From NCBI RefSeq assembly GCF_963921235.1, contig NC_086104.1, forward strand, positions 55,862,001-55,926,000: DNA of 64,000 bases. Reading direction: 5' to 3'. The DNA comes from Mobula hypostoma (lineage: Eukaryota). The position numbers and the translations under genes were made by a program. This document shows positions 48,730 to 60,230 of the stretch, in pieces (position 1 is the stretch's first letter; each line of letters opens with the position of its first letter). Under the pieces are notes generated by a model. That model was not told the DNA's origin. It searched no databases and saw only the letters and a program-made list of their open reading frames with translations.

Positions 48730-51700
48730 AACCAATATCCTTGCAAGAAAGTTTGTTAGAGCTTTTGGGGAGGTTTAAACTAGGTTGGCAAGAGGATGGG
48801 AACCAGGGTGATTGCACAGAGGATAGGATAATTATTGTAAAGGTACAGACTGTGAGGAAGAATAGACAGTGGAAAAGAGTTGCAGTCAGCTGGATTGGTT
48901 GAAATGTATCTATTTTAATGCGAGAAATATCAGAAACAAGGGCAACAGACTTAAAGCCTGGGTCAAATAATAGCGCTTTTCAAGTGCGGTCCTGTCAGAG
49001 ACTTATTGTCACAAAGACAAGGTCTCGATATTTCAAAAGGGATGGGGAGAGTGGTTAAAAGAGTTTGGGAGTGGCATTGCTAATCGGTGATAACATCACA
49101 GCTGCAGAAAGGGAGGACATCTATACCTCAGGGTTCTGAAGGAGGTGGCTGAAGAGAGTGGGGCCTCATATTAGTAATGATCTTTCAAGAATCACTAGAT
49201 TCTGGAATGGTTCTGGAGGACTGGATAACTGTGAATGCTATTCCACTCTTTAAGAAGGGAGGGAAGCAGAAGAAAGGAAATTTTAAGCTAGTTAGTTTGA
49301 GCTCAGTGGTTGGGAAGATGTTGGAGTCCATTATTAATGATGTGGTTTTGGGATACTTAGAGGCACATGATAAAATAGGCCCAAGTCAGCATGGTTTCCT
49401 TAAGAGGAAATCTTGCCTTACTAATCTATTGGAATCCTTTGAGGAAATAAAAAGCAGGGTGGAGAAAGGAGTTTCAGTAAATGTTTTATACATGGATTTT
49501 CAGAAGGCCTCTGACAAGGTGCCATACATGAGGCTGCTTAACAAGATGAGAGCCCATGCTATTACAGGAACAATAGCTGCATACAGAGACGGTGGCTATC
49601 TGGCAGGAAGCAAAGAGTGGGAATAAAGGGAGCGTTTTCTTGTTGCTTGCCGGTGACTGTTGGTGTTCTACAGGGTTTAGTATTGGGGCCGCTCCTTTTC
49701 ACATGATATGTCAATGATTTAGATGACAGAAGTGTGGATGCACAGATAGGTGGAGAGGCAGGTTTTGTTGGGGAAACAAAGCCTGCAGAAGGGAGACAGA
49801 TTGTGAGAATGGGCAAAGTGGCAGATATAGTGTAGGGAAGCGTATGGTCATGCATTTTTGTAGAAGGAAAAAGGTGTAGACTGTTTTCTAAATGGGAAAC
49901 AAATTCTGAAAATCAGCTGCAAAAGGACTTGCAAAACATTATCATGGGAAGTGAGGGAAGTGATTGCTGCACCTTTGGCAATGATCTTCTGCCCTCTCTG
50001 GCCACAAGAGTAGTACCAGAGGATTGGCAGGTAGTAAATGTTATTCCCTTGTTTAAAAGAGTTAATAGGGATAACCCTGGGAATTATTGACCCGTGAGTA
50101 TTAAGTCAGCGGTAGGCAAACCATTGGAGAGGGTTCGTAGAGACAAGACTTATGAACATTTGGAAAAGCATAGTCTAATTGGAGATAGTCAACATGTCTT
50201 TGTGGGATCAGGTCATGCCTCATGAGCCTGGTGGCTTTGAGAAAGTGACAAAACATATTGATGAAAGCAGAGCAATGGATGTGGTGTGTATGGATTTTAG
50301 TAAGGCATTTGACAAGGTTCCCTGTGGTAGTCTTATTCAGAAAGTCAGGAGGCTTGGGATCCATGGAAACTTCGCTGTGTGGATTCAGAATTAGTTTGCC
50401 CACAGAAGGATGAGGTTGCCAGTAGATAGAGTATATTCTGCCTGGAGTTCTAGACCAGGGATTTGTTCTGGGACGCTCTACTCTTAGTGATTTTTGTAAC
50501 TGACTTGGATGAGGAAGTGGAAGTTTTGGTTAATAAGCTTACAGATGACGCAAAGGTTGATAGTTTTGTGGATAGTGCAGAAGGTTGCCGAAGGTTACAA
50601 TGGGACATTGTTAGAACATAGAACATAGAATAGTACAGCACAGTACAGGCACTTCGGCCCACAATGTTGTGCTGACCCTCAAACCCTGTCTCCCATATAA
50701 CCCCCCACCTTAAATTCCTCCATAGACCTGTCTAGTAATCTCTTAAACTTCAGTAGTGTGTCTGCCTCCACCACTGACTCAGGCAGTGCATTCCACACAC
50801 CAACCACTCTCTGAGTAAAAAACCTTCCTCTAATATCTCCCTTGAACTTCCCACCCCTTAAAGCCATGTCCTCTTGTATTGAGCAGTGGTGCCCTGGGGA
50901 AGAGGCGCTGGCTATCCACTCTATCTATTCGTCTTATTATCTTGTACACCTCTATCATGTCTCCTCTCATCCTCCTTCTCTCCAAAGAGTAAAGCCCTAG
51001 CTCCTAGGATGCAGAGCTGGACTGAGTAGTGGCAGATGGGGTTCAACATGGAAAAGTATGAAGTGAGTCACTTTGGAAAGTCAAATTTGAAGCCAGAATA
51101 CAGTATTAATAGCAGGATTCTTAGTGTGAGGAACAGAGGGAGCTTGGGGTCCATGTCCATAATCCTTCAAACTTGCCACGAAAGTTAATAAATCTATGGT
51201 GTGATGGTTTTCCTTAGTCGGAGGAATGAGTTCAAGAGGCGAGAGGTAATGTTGCAGCTCAATAAAACTCTTGTTACGTCACGCTTGGAGTATTGTGTTC
51301 AGTTCTGGTTGTCTCATTATAAGAATGATGTAGAGGCTTTAGAGGGTGCAGAGTTGACTTAGCAGAATGCTGCTTGGATTAGAAAGCATGTGTTATGAGG
51401 ATATGTGAGCTAGGGCATATTTCTTTGCAGCGAAGGAGAATGACAACTGAATTGATAAAGGTGTACAAGGTGCTAAGAGGCATAGATCGAGTTGACAAGC
51501 AGACTTTAGCAGAATGGAAATGGCTAAAAGAAGGTAGCATATCTTTAAGATGTTGGAAGGAAATTATTGGGGGGATGTCAGAGGTAGATTTTTTAATGCA
51601 GTGGTGGCTGCATGGACCACTGCCGGGGTGGCGGTAGAGACAGATATATTATGGACATTTAAGAGACTTAGATAGGCAAATAGATTAAAGAAAAATGGAG

Positions 51701-51790
51701 AGCTATGTGGGAGGGAAGTCTTACGCTGATCCTGGCATAGGTTAAAGGATTGGCACGACATCATGGGCCAGAGACCTGTGCTGTTCTATG
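48730..51790 (+). mobile_element. Cluster of CR1 remnants in ERLEC1 intron 1, with a nested minus-strand CR1 3' end (about 50612-51003)
   Basis: IFQESLDSG..DW...PLFKKG, SQHGFLKRKSCLTNL and MDFSKAFDKVP motifs. Confidence 0.85.
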
Positions 51791-51831
51791 TAAAACAGTT
51801 ATATGGTTAGTTTTATTCTGCTAGCCACATA

Positions 51832-52318
51832 CGAGGGGTGATTTATAAGTTCGTGGTCTAAGCTAGAAGGAGTCAATTTTAGAAAACCTAGCACATTTAT
51901 TTTTCAGCATAGCCCCCTCCTACATTTACACACTTAGTCCAGCAGTCGTGGAGCATACGGATCCCTTCTTTGTAGAAGTGGTCCACAGCAGGGGTGATTG
52001 ATAGGTTCATGGCCTAAGGTAGAAGGAGATGAGTTATACAGCTCTCGTTACATGCATGTGCAGTTCAACTCTTTGAGTGATAATGCAGAAAGTTTGAAGT
52101 TAACAACTCAATCTCTTTCTACTTTAGGCCACAAACTTATCAATCACCCCTGCTGTGGACCACTTCTGGAGGTCCAAGACACCTACTTCCACAAAGAAGG
52201 AACCGTATGCTCCATCACTGCTGGACTAAGTGTGTAAATGTAGGAAAAATAAATGTGCCTAGGTTTTCTAAAATTGACTCCTTCTACCTTAGGCCACAAA
52301 CTTATCAATCACCCCTCG
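51832..52318. mobile_element. Mariner-type MITE with nested inverted repeats
   Basis: TA|cgaggggtga...tcacccctcg|TA. A second internal pair of the same TIR lies near 51990 and 52150. Confidence 0.85.
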
Positions 52319-52429
52319 TATACCATATCTCTGTTGCAGAACTGCTTACATTATATGACACGGTTGTTCTGTTTGATGGGGAGAATAGTTGTACTCGTTA
52401 TGCTCTGACCTTTCATATTTTGATTTCAG

Positions 52430-52534
52430 CCAACAACGGGCGGCCTGTATAAACCTGATGACTTTATAATTGTCACTACGGTTCACAATGAAAGATACAA
52501 ATGTATGTTACCTTCGATTGGTAATGGAGATCAG
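52430..52534 (+). CDS. ERLEC1: ERLEC1 exon 2
   Basis: tttcag|CCA...CAG|gtaagc, 105 nt. Encodes PTTGGLYKPDDFIIVTTVHNERYKCMLPSIGNGDQ. Confidence 0.95.
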
Positions 52535-52656
52535 GTAAGCCTTGAATGTTTGTGTTTTTGACAATTACTGTTTATTGCAGCTGTGATATATTACATGACA
52601 ACTGTGAAATGCATTTGGTTCAAACTGCAAATAATGACTAAAAGTAAGTTTTAAGT

Positions 52657-53009
52657 CCCACATCCCCTTCATACCCCATCCGTTATGTATTTATTTATTT
52701 TGTGTGTGTGTGTATTTTTTTCCTTTCTCCCTAGGCCTCCTGTCCCATGATCCTCTCATATCCCTTTTGCCAATCACCTGTCCAGCTCTTGGCTCCATCC
52801 CTCCCCCTCCTGTCTTCTATCATTTTGGATCTCCCCCTCCCACTTTCAAATCTCTTACTAACTCTTCCTTCAGTTAGTCCTGACGAAGGGTCTCGGCCTG
52901 AATCGTCGACTGTACCTCTTTGTAGAGATGCTGCCTGGCCTGCTGCGTTCACCAGCAACTTTGATGTGTGTTGCTTGAAATTCCAGCATCTGCAGATTTC
53001 CTCATTTGC
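52657..53009 (+). mobile_element. Penelope-derived terminal repeat
   Basis: Near-identical to part of 53990-54282. 9-bp flanking duplication gttttaagt (52648-52656 and 53010-53018). Confidence 0.8.
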
Positions 53010-53313
53010 GTTTTAAGTGTGTTTATTTTGTTTGTATATCTATATATGCAGACCACTGATTTCTAATTGAAACATGCAGTGTGAATACACCAATGTCTGA
53101 ACACATCGTCTTGAGACTTTTAGACTGACGCTTAAATGGACAAGGTTTCAAAAAGTATGGAATTTATGCAAGCAAATGGGATTGTGTAGATGGACTAAAG
53201 GATCAGGATAGATGTGCTGGGTCAGAGCCTTTCTCACTTCCTGTAAAGTGACCATAACTGTAAGCTGTTAGAAAATGATTCTTTGGCCATGAAAGATGAA
53301 GTAATTCATAAAG

Positions 53314-54282
53314 CAACACACATCAAAGTTGCTGGTGAACGCAGCAGGCCAGGCAGCATCTGTAGGAAGAGGTGCAGTCGACGTTTCAGGCCGAGACCCT
53401 TGGTCAGGACTAACTGAAGGAAGAGTGAGTAAGGGATTTGAAAGCTGGAGGGGGAGATCCAAAATGATAGGAGAAGACAGGAGGGGGAGGGATAGAGCCA
53501 AGAGCTGGACAGGTGATAGACAAAAGGGGATACGAGAGGATCATGGGACAGGAGGTCCAGGAAGAAAGAGAAGGGGGGGTGGAACCCAGAGGATGGGCAA
53601 GACGTATATTCTGAGGGACAGAGGGAGAAAAAGGAGAGTGAGAGAAAGAAGGTGTGCATAAAGCAGGATCTCCCAGTGGCCACACATTTTAATTCCACAT
53701 CCCATTCCCATTCTGACATGTCTATCCACGGCCTCCTCTACTGTAAAGATGAAGCCACACTCAGGTTGGAGGAACAACACCTTATATTCCGTCTGGGTAG
53801 CCTCCAACCTGATGGCATGAACATCGACTTCTCTAACTTCCGCTAAGGCCCCACCTCCCCCTCGTACCCCATCTGTTACTTATTTTTATGCACACATTCT
53901 TTCTCTCACTCTCCTTTTTCTCCCTCTGTTCCTCTGAATATACCTCTTGCCCATCCTCTGGTCCCCCCCCCCCACCCTTGTCTTTCTTCCCAGACCTCCT
54001 CTCCCATGATCCTCTCGTATCCCTTTTGCCTATCACCTGTCCAGCTCTTGGCTCCATCCCTCCCCCTCCTGTCTTCTCCTATCATTTTGGATCTCCCCCT
54101 CCCCCTCCAACTTTCAAATCCCTTACTCACTCTTCCTTCAGTTAGTCCTGACGAAGGGTCTCGGCCTGAAACGTCGACTGCGCCTCTTCCTACAGATGCT
54201 GCCTGGCCTGCTGCGTTCACCAGCAACTTTGATGTGTGTTGCTTGAATTTCCAGCATCTGCAGAATTCCTGTTGTTTGCGTT
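53314..54282. mobile_element. Penelope-like insertion with inverted terminal arms
   Basis: Minus arm about 53314-53657. The plus part encodes the GIY-YIG C-terminus (DLPVATHFNS..H...RLEEQHLIFRLGSLQPDGMNIDF). 12-bp TSD taattcataaag. Confidence 0.88.
54144..54179 (+). ncRNA. Minimal type-I hammerhead ribozyme motif in the Penelope terminal repeat (best-preserved copy)
   Basis: AGTC-CTGACGA-AGGgtctcggCCT-GAAAC-GTC-GACT. Conserved core CUGANGA/GAAA/UH, stem I AGUC:GACU, stem II AGG:CCU. Stem III is a loopless ACGU palindrome. Confidence 0.7.
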
Positions 54283-54815
54283 TAATTCATAAAGAATTTT
54301 TTATTCATTGTTTTTGTACATACATTTGTATTTTAACCATAATTAACAGTCATTTGTAATTTTACTACTCCTGGAACTACCTTTTTAATGTCTGTAAATT
54401 CACAAGCAAATCACTTGCTGTTGTCTGACTACATATAATGTTAACATCGCTATTTGTGTAGTTCCATGAAACTGTCAAATCCAAAGGCTAGCACAAAGAC
54501 TGTCTGCGTACTGCGTTTCACCCACTTGAACAGTGATAGTATTGATCTCCAGTTAGTGACGAGCACATGCACTCAGCAAGGGTAGCCAGGGGAATTCCAG
54601 AAATGGCTCTTCTCAACTATGGACCAATTGATTTTGTGCCTGCCTTGTTTTCATCTGTATGTTGCCCTGGCTTCCACATTTACTATTACACCATTTATGC
54701 TGTCATATGGTAGTGTAGCTTCAGATAAACTGCTGTCCTTTCCAATTGTATTGGTGAAATAAACCAATAAAATGAATGCTTTACTTTGTAGATAATTTTG
54801 CTTCTTTCTATTTAG

Positions 54816-54896
54816 GATGAAGATAATGATTACAAAGGTCATGGGCCTGGTGAACTACTGGAACCACTCCTTAGGCAGAGTAGTTGCTCTTACAGG
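54816..54896 (+). CDS. ERLEC1: ERLEC1 exon 3
   Basis: tttag|GAT...AGG|gtaaaa, 81 nt. Encodes [27 protein letters not shown]. Confidence 0.95.
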
Positions 54897-55935
54897 GTAA
54901 AACTGCTTGAAATTAATTCATAGAATACATCTGGAACTGCAGAAACTTGCTTTCCTGGTATATGCAATGCTGTCACTTGGCCATGCTTTCCCAGTATATT
55001 TTTTCTTTTCCATCAAGTTGAAAGTTATTGTGACTTTTTTTAATATGCTAGCAGTTGTATTATTATTAAGAAGCTGCAGTTATTTCCCACATCTGTACTC
55101 TACCGGCATTTTGTATTTCATCTGTGCATCTTTATATCACCAGTCTTCCTTCTAGATGTTTGATTTTTCTACCCATGAAATATACCAGAATCAAAAATAT
55201 TGAAGTGCTGATATTAATTCAGTTACATTTTATAGTTCATCTGAAGTACAAAGTTGCTTGTTTATAATGAAACATTCAAAGATGATTGACAAAAATTACT
55301 TGGCTAATTGGCTGCCCTTCTTGATGATTGGCATGGACTCAATGGGGCAAAGGATCTGCTCTGACTCTGACCTTTTCTTCCTCCCATTATTACAATTATT
55401 TTTTAGACTGACCACAAAATTTCTGCAAGTCAATTTAGAGCTATCAGAGAAAGCTATGGATCAGAAAAAGATGCTGGGCGATTAGAAAAAAGTTTTCATT
55501 TAACACATGCAGTGTTTCTTTGCTACCAATAAATGAAGCATGTTTACCTGGTAACTGTTGTATAGCCTGCTGGAAAAAATTGTGATGTAACAGCTAGTTA
55601 ACTATTTACTGTTAAAGAAAACAATTTATTTTTATAATATATTTCAATGAAGCATTTATCTACTGCCTTCAAAAATCAGGAAGAATACTGAGTGCAGATT
55701 AATTGCTGTGCCTGCTGGGTAACTTTTGTTCTCTTGCTTTTTTGAAGTTCAGAATAAAATAAAGTGTACATAATTGTTACTCTTAAATGATCACAATTCT
55801 GTTATATTTTTGTTTTCTACTGTAATTATTTGCTGATACATTTTTAATTTTTAGTTAATATATTTGACCCATTTGTGTTTATGCAAATGTTCCTAATTAA
55901 ACATTTCTGAAGTAGAGTTTTTTTACCTGCTGCAG

Positions 55936-56013
55936 ATTGAGTCTTACTGGACTTACGAAGTGTGTCACGGAAAACACATTCGTCAATATCACGAGGAAAA
56001 GGAAACTGGACAG
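55936..56013 (+). CDS. ERLEC1: ERLEC1 exon 4 (MRH domain 1)
   Basis: tgcag|ATT...CAG|gtacag, 78 nt. Encodes [26 protein letters not shown], with the MRH-domain [12 protein letters not shown] motif. Confidence 0.97.
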
Positions 56014-56100
56014 GTACAGTGATTAATTGTTTCATTCAGTGGTTTTGCCAATTATTAAATGCTTCACATGCTAACTTTCTTGTATCTTTTCATTTAGCAG

Positions 56101-56164
56101 AAAGTTAATATCCAAGAATATTATCTTGGTATCGTGACTATACCAACTGATTCTGAGACCAAAG
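56101..56164 (+). CDS. ERLEC1: ERLEC1 exon 5
   Basis: Follows an 87-nt intron. ttagcag|AAA...AAAG|gtaata, 64 nt. Encodes KVNIQEYYLGIVTIPTDSETK. Confidence 0.93.
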
Positions 56165-56394
56165 GTAATAATATCTGCTGCAATTTTCATTTGTGCATCA
56201 TGGTATGTTCTTTTTGTCAAATGTTATTGGAAAACCTATGGAAAATTACCCTGCTGATGAGAATTGGATCAAAATCAGCATGAAGGAGAAAGAAGTAAAA
56301 ATAATTGTTTCAGGTAATAAGTGTAACCAAGAATGTTATAATTTGCTTCTGTTCTGTCCCCAGTTCATATTTAGATACATATTCATGTTCTGAT

Positions 56395-57790
56395 GCTTCA
56401 AAGCCCTGCAGCATCTGGTGACCCTGTGATCTTTGTTTTGGAGACCAACGTCAGAACATCTCACTGGAGGGTAAACTCTCGCAAGACATCAGGTCTTGAT
56501 GGTGTACCTGGCAGAGCACTGAAAACCTGTGCCAACCAACTGGCAGGATGGTTCAAGGGCATTTTCAATCTCTCACTGCTGCAGTTGGAGGTTCCCATCT
56601 GCTTCAAAAGGGCAACAGTCATACCAGTGTCCAAGAAGAGTGGGGTGAGCTACCTCAACAACTATCGCCCAATGGCAGTTGAATCTACTGTGACAAAGTG
56701 CTTTGAGAGGTTGGTCATGGCTAGAAACAACTCCTACAATAGGTCTACAGTGGATGCAATCTCACTGGCTCTCCACTCAACCTTGGACCACCTGGACAAC
56801 AGTAATACCTACGTCAGGCTGCTGCTTATTGACTATAGCTCAGAGTTCAACACAATCATACCCTCACTTCTAATCAACTTGCTCCAAAAACTTGGCCTCT
56901 ACCTCCTTCTGCACTGGATCCTTGACTTACTCACTGGCAGACCACAAATTGTTCAGGTGAGAAATAACATCTCACTGACAATCAACACCGGCATTCAAGG
57001 ATGAATGCTTAGCCCATTGCTCTACTCTCTCTACATCCACAATTGTGTGGCTAGGCACAGTTCAGATACCATCTATAAATTAGTCAAAGACATACAGTAA
57101 CTACTCTTGGGAGAATTTCAGATGATGAGGTGTACAGGAGTGAAATAGATCAGCTGGTTGAGTGGTGTCACAGCAAATACCTTGCACATCAGTAAGGAAT
57201 TGATTGTGGATCTCATGAAGCGGAAAACGAGGGATCAGAAGTAGAAAGAGTCAGGAGTTTCAAGTTCCTGAGCATTAACATCTTTAAGAATCTATCCTGG
57301 GCCCAACTTATTGCTGCAATCTCAAAGAAGGCATGAAAGCAGCTTTATTTCATTAGGTGTTTGCGGAGAATTGGTATGTCACTAAAGACACTCTCAAATT
57401 TCTACAGATGTACCTTGAAGAGCGTTCTAAATGGCTGCATCACCATCTGGTATGGAGGGGCCTCTGCACAGGATCACAAAAAGCTTCAGGAAGTTGTAAA
57501 TTCAGCCAGCTCCGTCATAGGCAAGAGCCTCCCCAGCATCGAGGAGACCTTCGTTGGACAATGCCTGAAAAAAACGGCATCCATCATTAAAGAAGCCCAC
57601 CACTCAGGACGTGCCCTCTTTCTCCTTGCTTCCAATGAGGAGGTGGTACAGGATCCTGGAGACACACTCAACATTTCAGGAACAGCTGCTTTGCCTCCGC
57701 CATTAGATTTCTGAATGGACAATGAACCCATGAATGCTAATTTAATTTAATCTATATATAGTTATATATTTTTTAATTTATTTTCTTTCC
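56395..57790 (+). mobile_element. Rex1/Babar-type LINE ORF2 remnant; tail resumes at about 58750-58848
   Basis: SGLDGVPGRALKTCANQLAG..F..IFNLSL...LNNYRPMA...KCFERLV...IDYSSEFNTI. Confidence 0.85.
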
Positions 57791-57799
57791 CTTTATGGG

Positions 57800-58750
57800 G
57801 CATGTGTATGTGTATTTTTCCCTCAATCTCCAGTCCTCTACCAGAAGCCTGGGAGCTTGAGGGTTCACTGCAGTATCCTTGCTGTTCCTGGCAGTGCACT
57901 CTTCTGGACGGAGATCTCAGATGTTATTCCCAGGATTTGCTGGAGCCACTCTGCCATTCCAGGTGTCACAGCTCCAGCTCCAAGTGCTCCTGTCACCACC
58001 CAGATTACTCTGGCTTTAACCTTCCACATCCTTCCTATCTGCTCTTTCAAGCCCTGGTATTTTTCCGGCTTCTCATATTCTTTCTTCCTGGTGTTACTGG
58101 CCTTTGGGATTGACATATCTATTACTATTCGTTTCTTCTGTTCCTTGTCCAGTATTGCTATGTCTGGTTGGTTGGCAAGTACCTGCTTATCAGTCTGTAT
58201 TTGGAAGTCCTACAGTATCTTAGTTCTGTCATTCTCCATTACCTTTTTGGGTATTTCACGTTTTCTATCTATACGCAGTGCAGATGTTCCTGTACACAAT
58301 TCCTGCAACTTGGCTGTGCCATTCAGTGTATGCTGTCCCTGCCTCCATCTTGCATCTTGCTGGATGGCTTCAGTGGATTCCTTGCACAGTCTTCATCTTG
58401 GGTCTTGTCTGGTGGATAGACTCCTGCTTCAATTGCTCTTGTGCAGCCATGAGCAGTGCCTCTGTGCTGTCCCTCAGCCCTGCCGTTTGTAGGACTTTCT
58501 TATGTCAGCCACCTTTGATATCTGGCGACGGTACATCCCATGTGGTGGCTTGTCCTGCCATGACCTCTGGTCCTCTGGCTCTGCTTCACCCACTTCCATT
58601 TCCATGACCCCTGCCTGCTGTCTGAGATATTCCCCTAGTAGGTTGTCCTTAGGGGCCGTCTTCATGGATGTTTCGCAGTTCTTCCAGGACTGTGACCTTG
58701 ATGCTTCCAAGTCCCCATCCTCCTTTATTCCGGCAGGTGTACAGTCGCTG
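57800..58750 (-). mobile_element. R4-clade (Rex6/Dong-like) non-LTR element 3' fragment with REL endonuclease remnant
   Basis: SWQDKPPHGMYRRQI.. and IP...N.RKKEYEK.EKYQGLKEQI.RMWKVKA.V..VV.GALG..TP...LQQI...ISVQKSAL.GTARIL motifs. Confidence 0.75.
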
Positions 58751-59359
58751 GACTTTATTGTAATTTTTAGTTATTATGTACTGTAGTGTACTGCCTCAGA
58801 ACAACAGATTTCACAACATTTGCCAGTGATATTAAACCTAATTCTGAATTACTTCAAGTGGTACTTCAGAAAACTACGTTCCTAACAGATTTGATTTATG
58901 TAGTGCCTTTACTATAGTAGAATATTGCCAGAAACAATATAGGAGTGAACAGCCATATGCTTTTTCAGCAGTAGAAAAGAGGAATATCTAATAGGAGTAA
59001 ATTCTGTGGTCTTGCAGAATATCTGGTGGTGGCTTTGTGTGCTGCATGAAAAACGTTGCCGTTGATCACCAGCGCCATCTTGGTCTACTATGTTTGTATC
59101 CAAAATCTTGTGAATTATATCAGCATGTATATATTGAAAAAAAAAGTTTAGAAGTTTAAAAGCTGGAGGAAATTATGGAGTGTCCCGGAGAACTGAGCTC
59201 AAAATAACAGTAATTGTGCAATATATTCATAGGGTAATTTCTAGTCGTGATGGATTTTTCTGTGGCTGGGAACTGAACTCTCCTGGTCTGTTCTGATTAA
59301 AATTATTTTTGAATAATTGATGAATCCTGACACGTTTTGGCGTTTCTTTTTTCATCTAG

Positions 59360-59412
59360 ATCCCACCACAGTGCAGCCAGATGAATCCGAAACAGAAACT
59401 GAGAAATTGAAA
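59360..59412 (+). CDS. ERLEC1: ERLEC1 exon 6 (acidic linker)
   Basis: Pyrimidine tract then ctag|AT...AAA|gtaagt, 53 nt. Phase 1-0 is what is needed to join exons 5 and 7. Encodes (D)PTTVQPDESETETEKLK. Confidence 0.8.
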
Positions 59413-60019
59413 GTAAGTAAAGTATTGCCTTTTTGTAGTTTTTTTTTATTCCTATTCCATTGGTAATTTTTTTTTAAAAGTACAAGGTTAGAAGTGCAAG
59501 TGTTGTTCAAGTACAAGGTCATACTGATCAAAGGATGAGTCTTTTCACATCGCTAGGGTGCTTAGAAGATATTAGAATATGTACTTTGGGTGTTATTAAT
59601 CTCCTGCATGTCTCCTTCCCATATCTCTGTTATAATTATACTGTGTGTAGATCTTAGCTGGAGTATAAACGTTTGATGTTAGGTGCTTTTGAGTCATTAA
59701 GGAGCCTTTGGATGCTAATTTGGATACAAACAATGTATTACCTGCCTATATGAGAAATCCTAGTTTTAAAATGTCATTAGTTTATTCCCAGTATTTGTTA
59801 TAGTATACAAAATTATGACATACATAGACAGGGTAGGTAGTTGGTCCTTTTCCTGGGGTGAAGTTTTAGAAAGTTTTCCTAAGTTTTAGAACATAGACCA
59901 TTATGATTCACAGCCTCTAGTTTCTTGGTCTGCTAACTCGCACAGGCAGTATCTCAGATATAACAGTCAAGGATATGATGAGGTTAAGCAATGTGATTAC
60001 GGATAAGGTAATTAATATT

Positions 60020-60230
60020 TTTGTTCTTGTTCAGTGCCGTCAAGTTGCGGCTGACTGATAGCTACCCTATGGATAGTGTAGTTATCCATGGGGTAATTGT
60101 GGCAAGATACGGAAGTAGAGTGCCAGGCCTTTCTTCGGCACAGATACTGCTGCTGCCCGGGTTGGGACCCAGCTGGATTCAAACTCTGCACTATCCGCCT
60201 CGAAGTCCAGTGATGATGCCACTACACCCC
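60020..60230 (-). mobile_element. tRNA-derived SINE with RTE-like 3' tail
   Basis: Minus strand begins ggggtgtagtggc (A-box-like), then gagtttgaatcc (B-box-like), and ends ...caacttgacggcactgaacaagaacaa. Confidence 0.55.

Noticed and set aside
52731-54359. Repeated ORFs such as MLVNAAGQAAS... and MILSYPFC...
   Set aside because: These are translations of the non-coding Penelope terminal repeat. They recur only because the repeat recurs.
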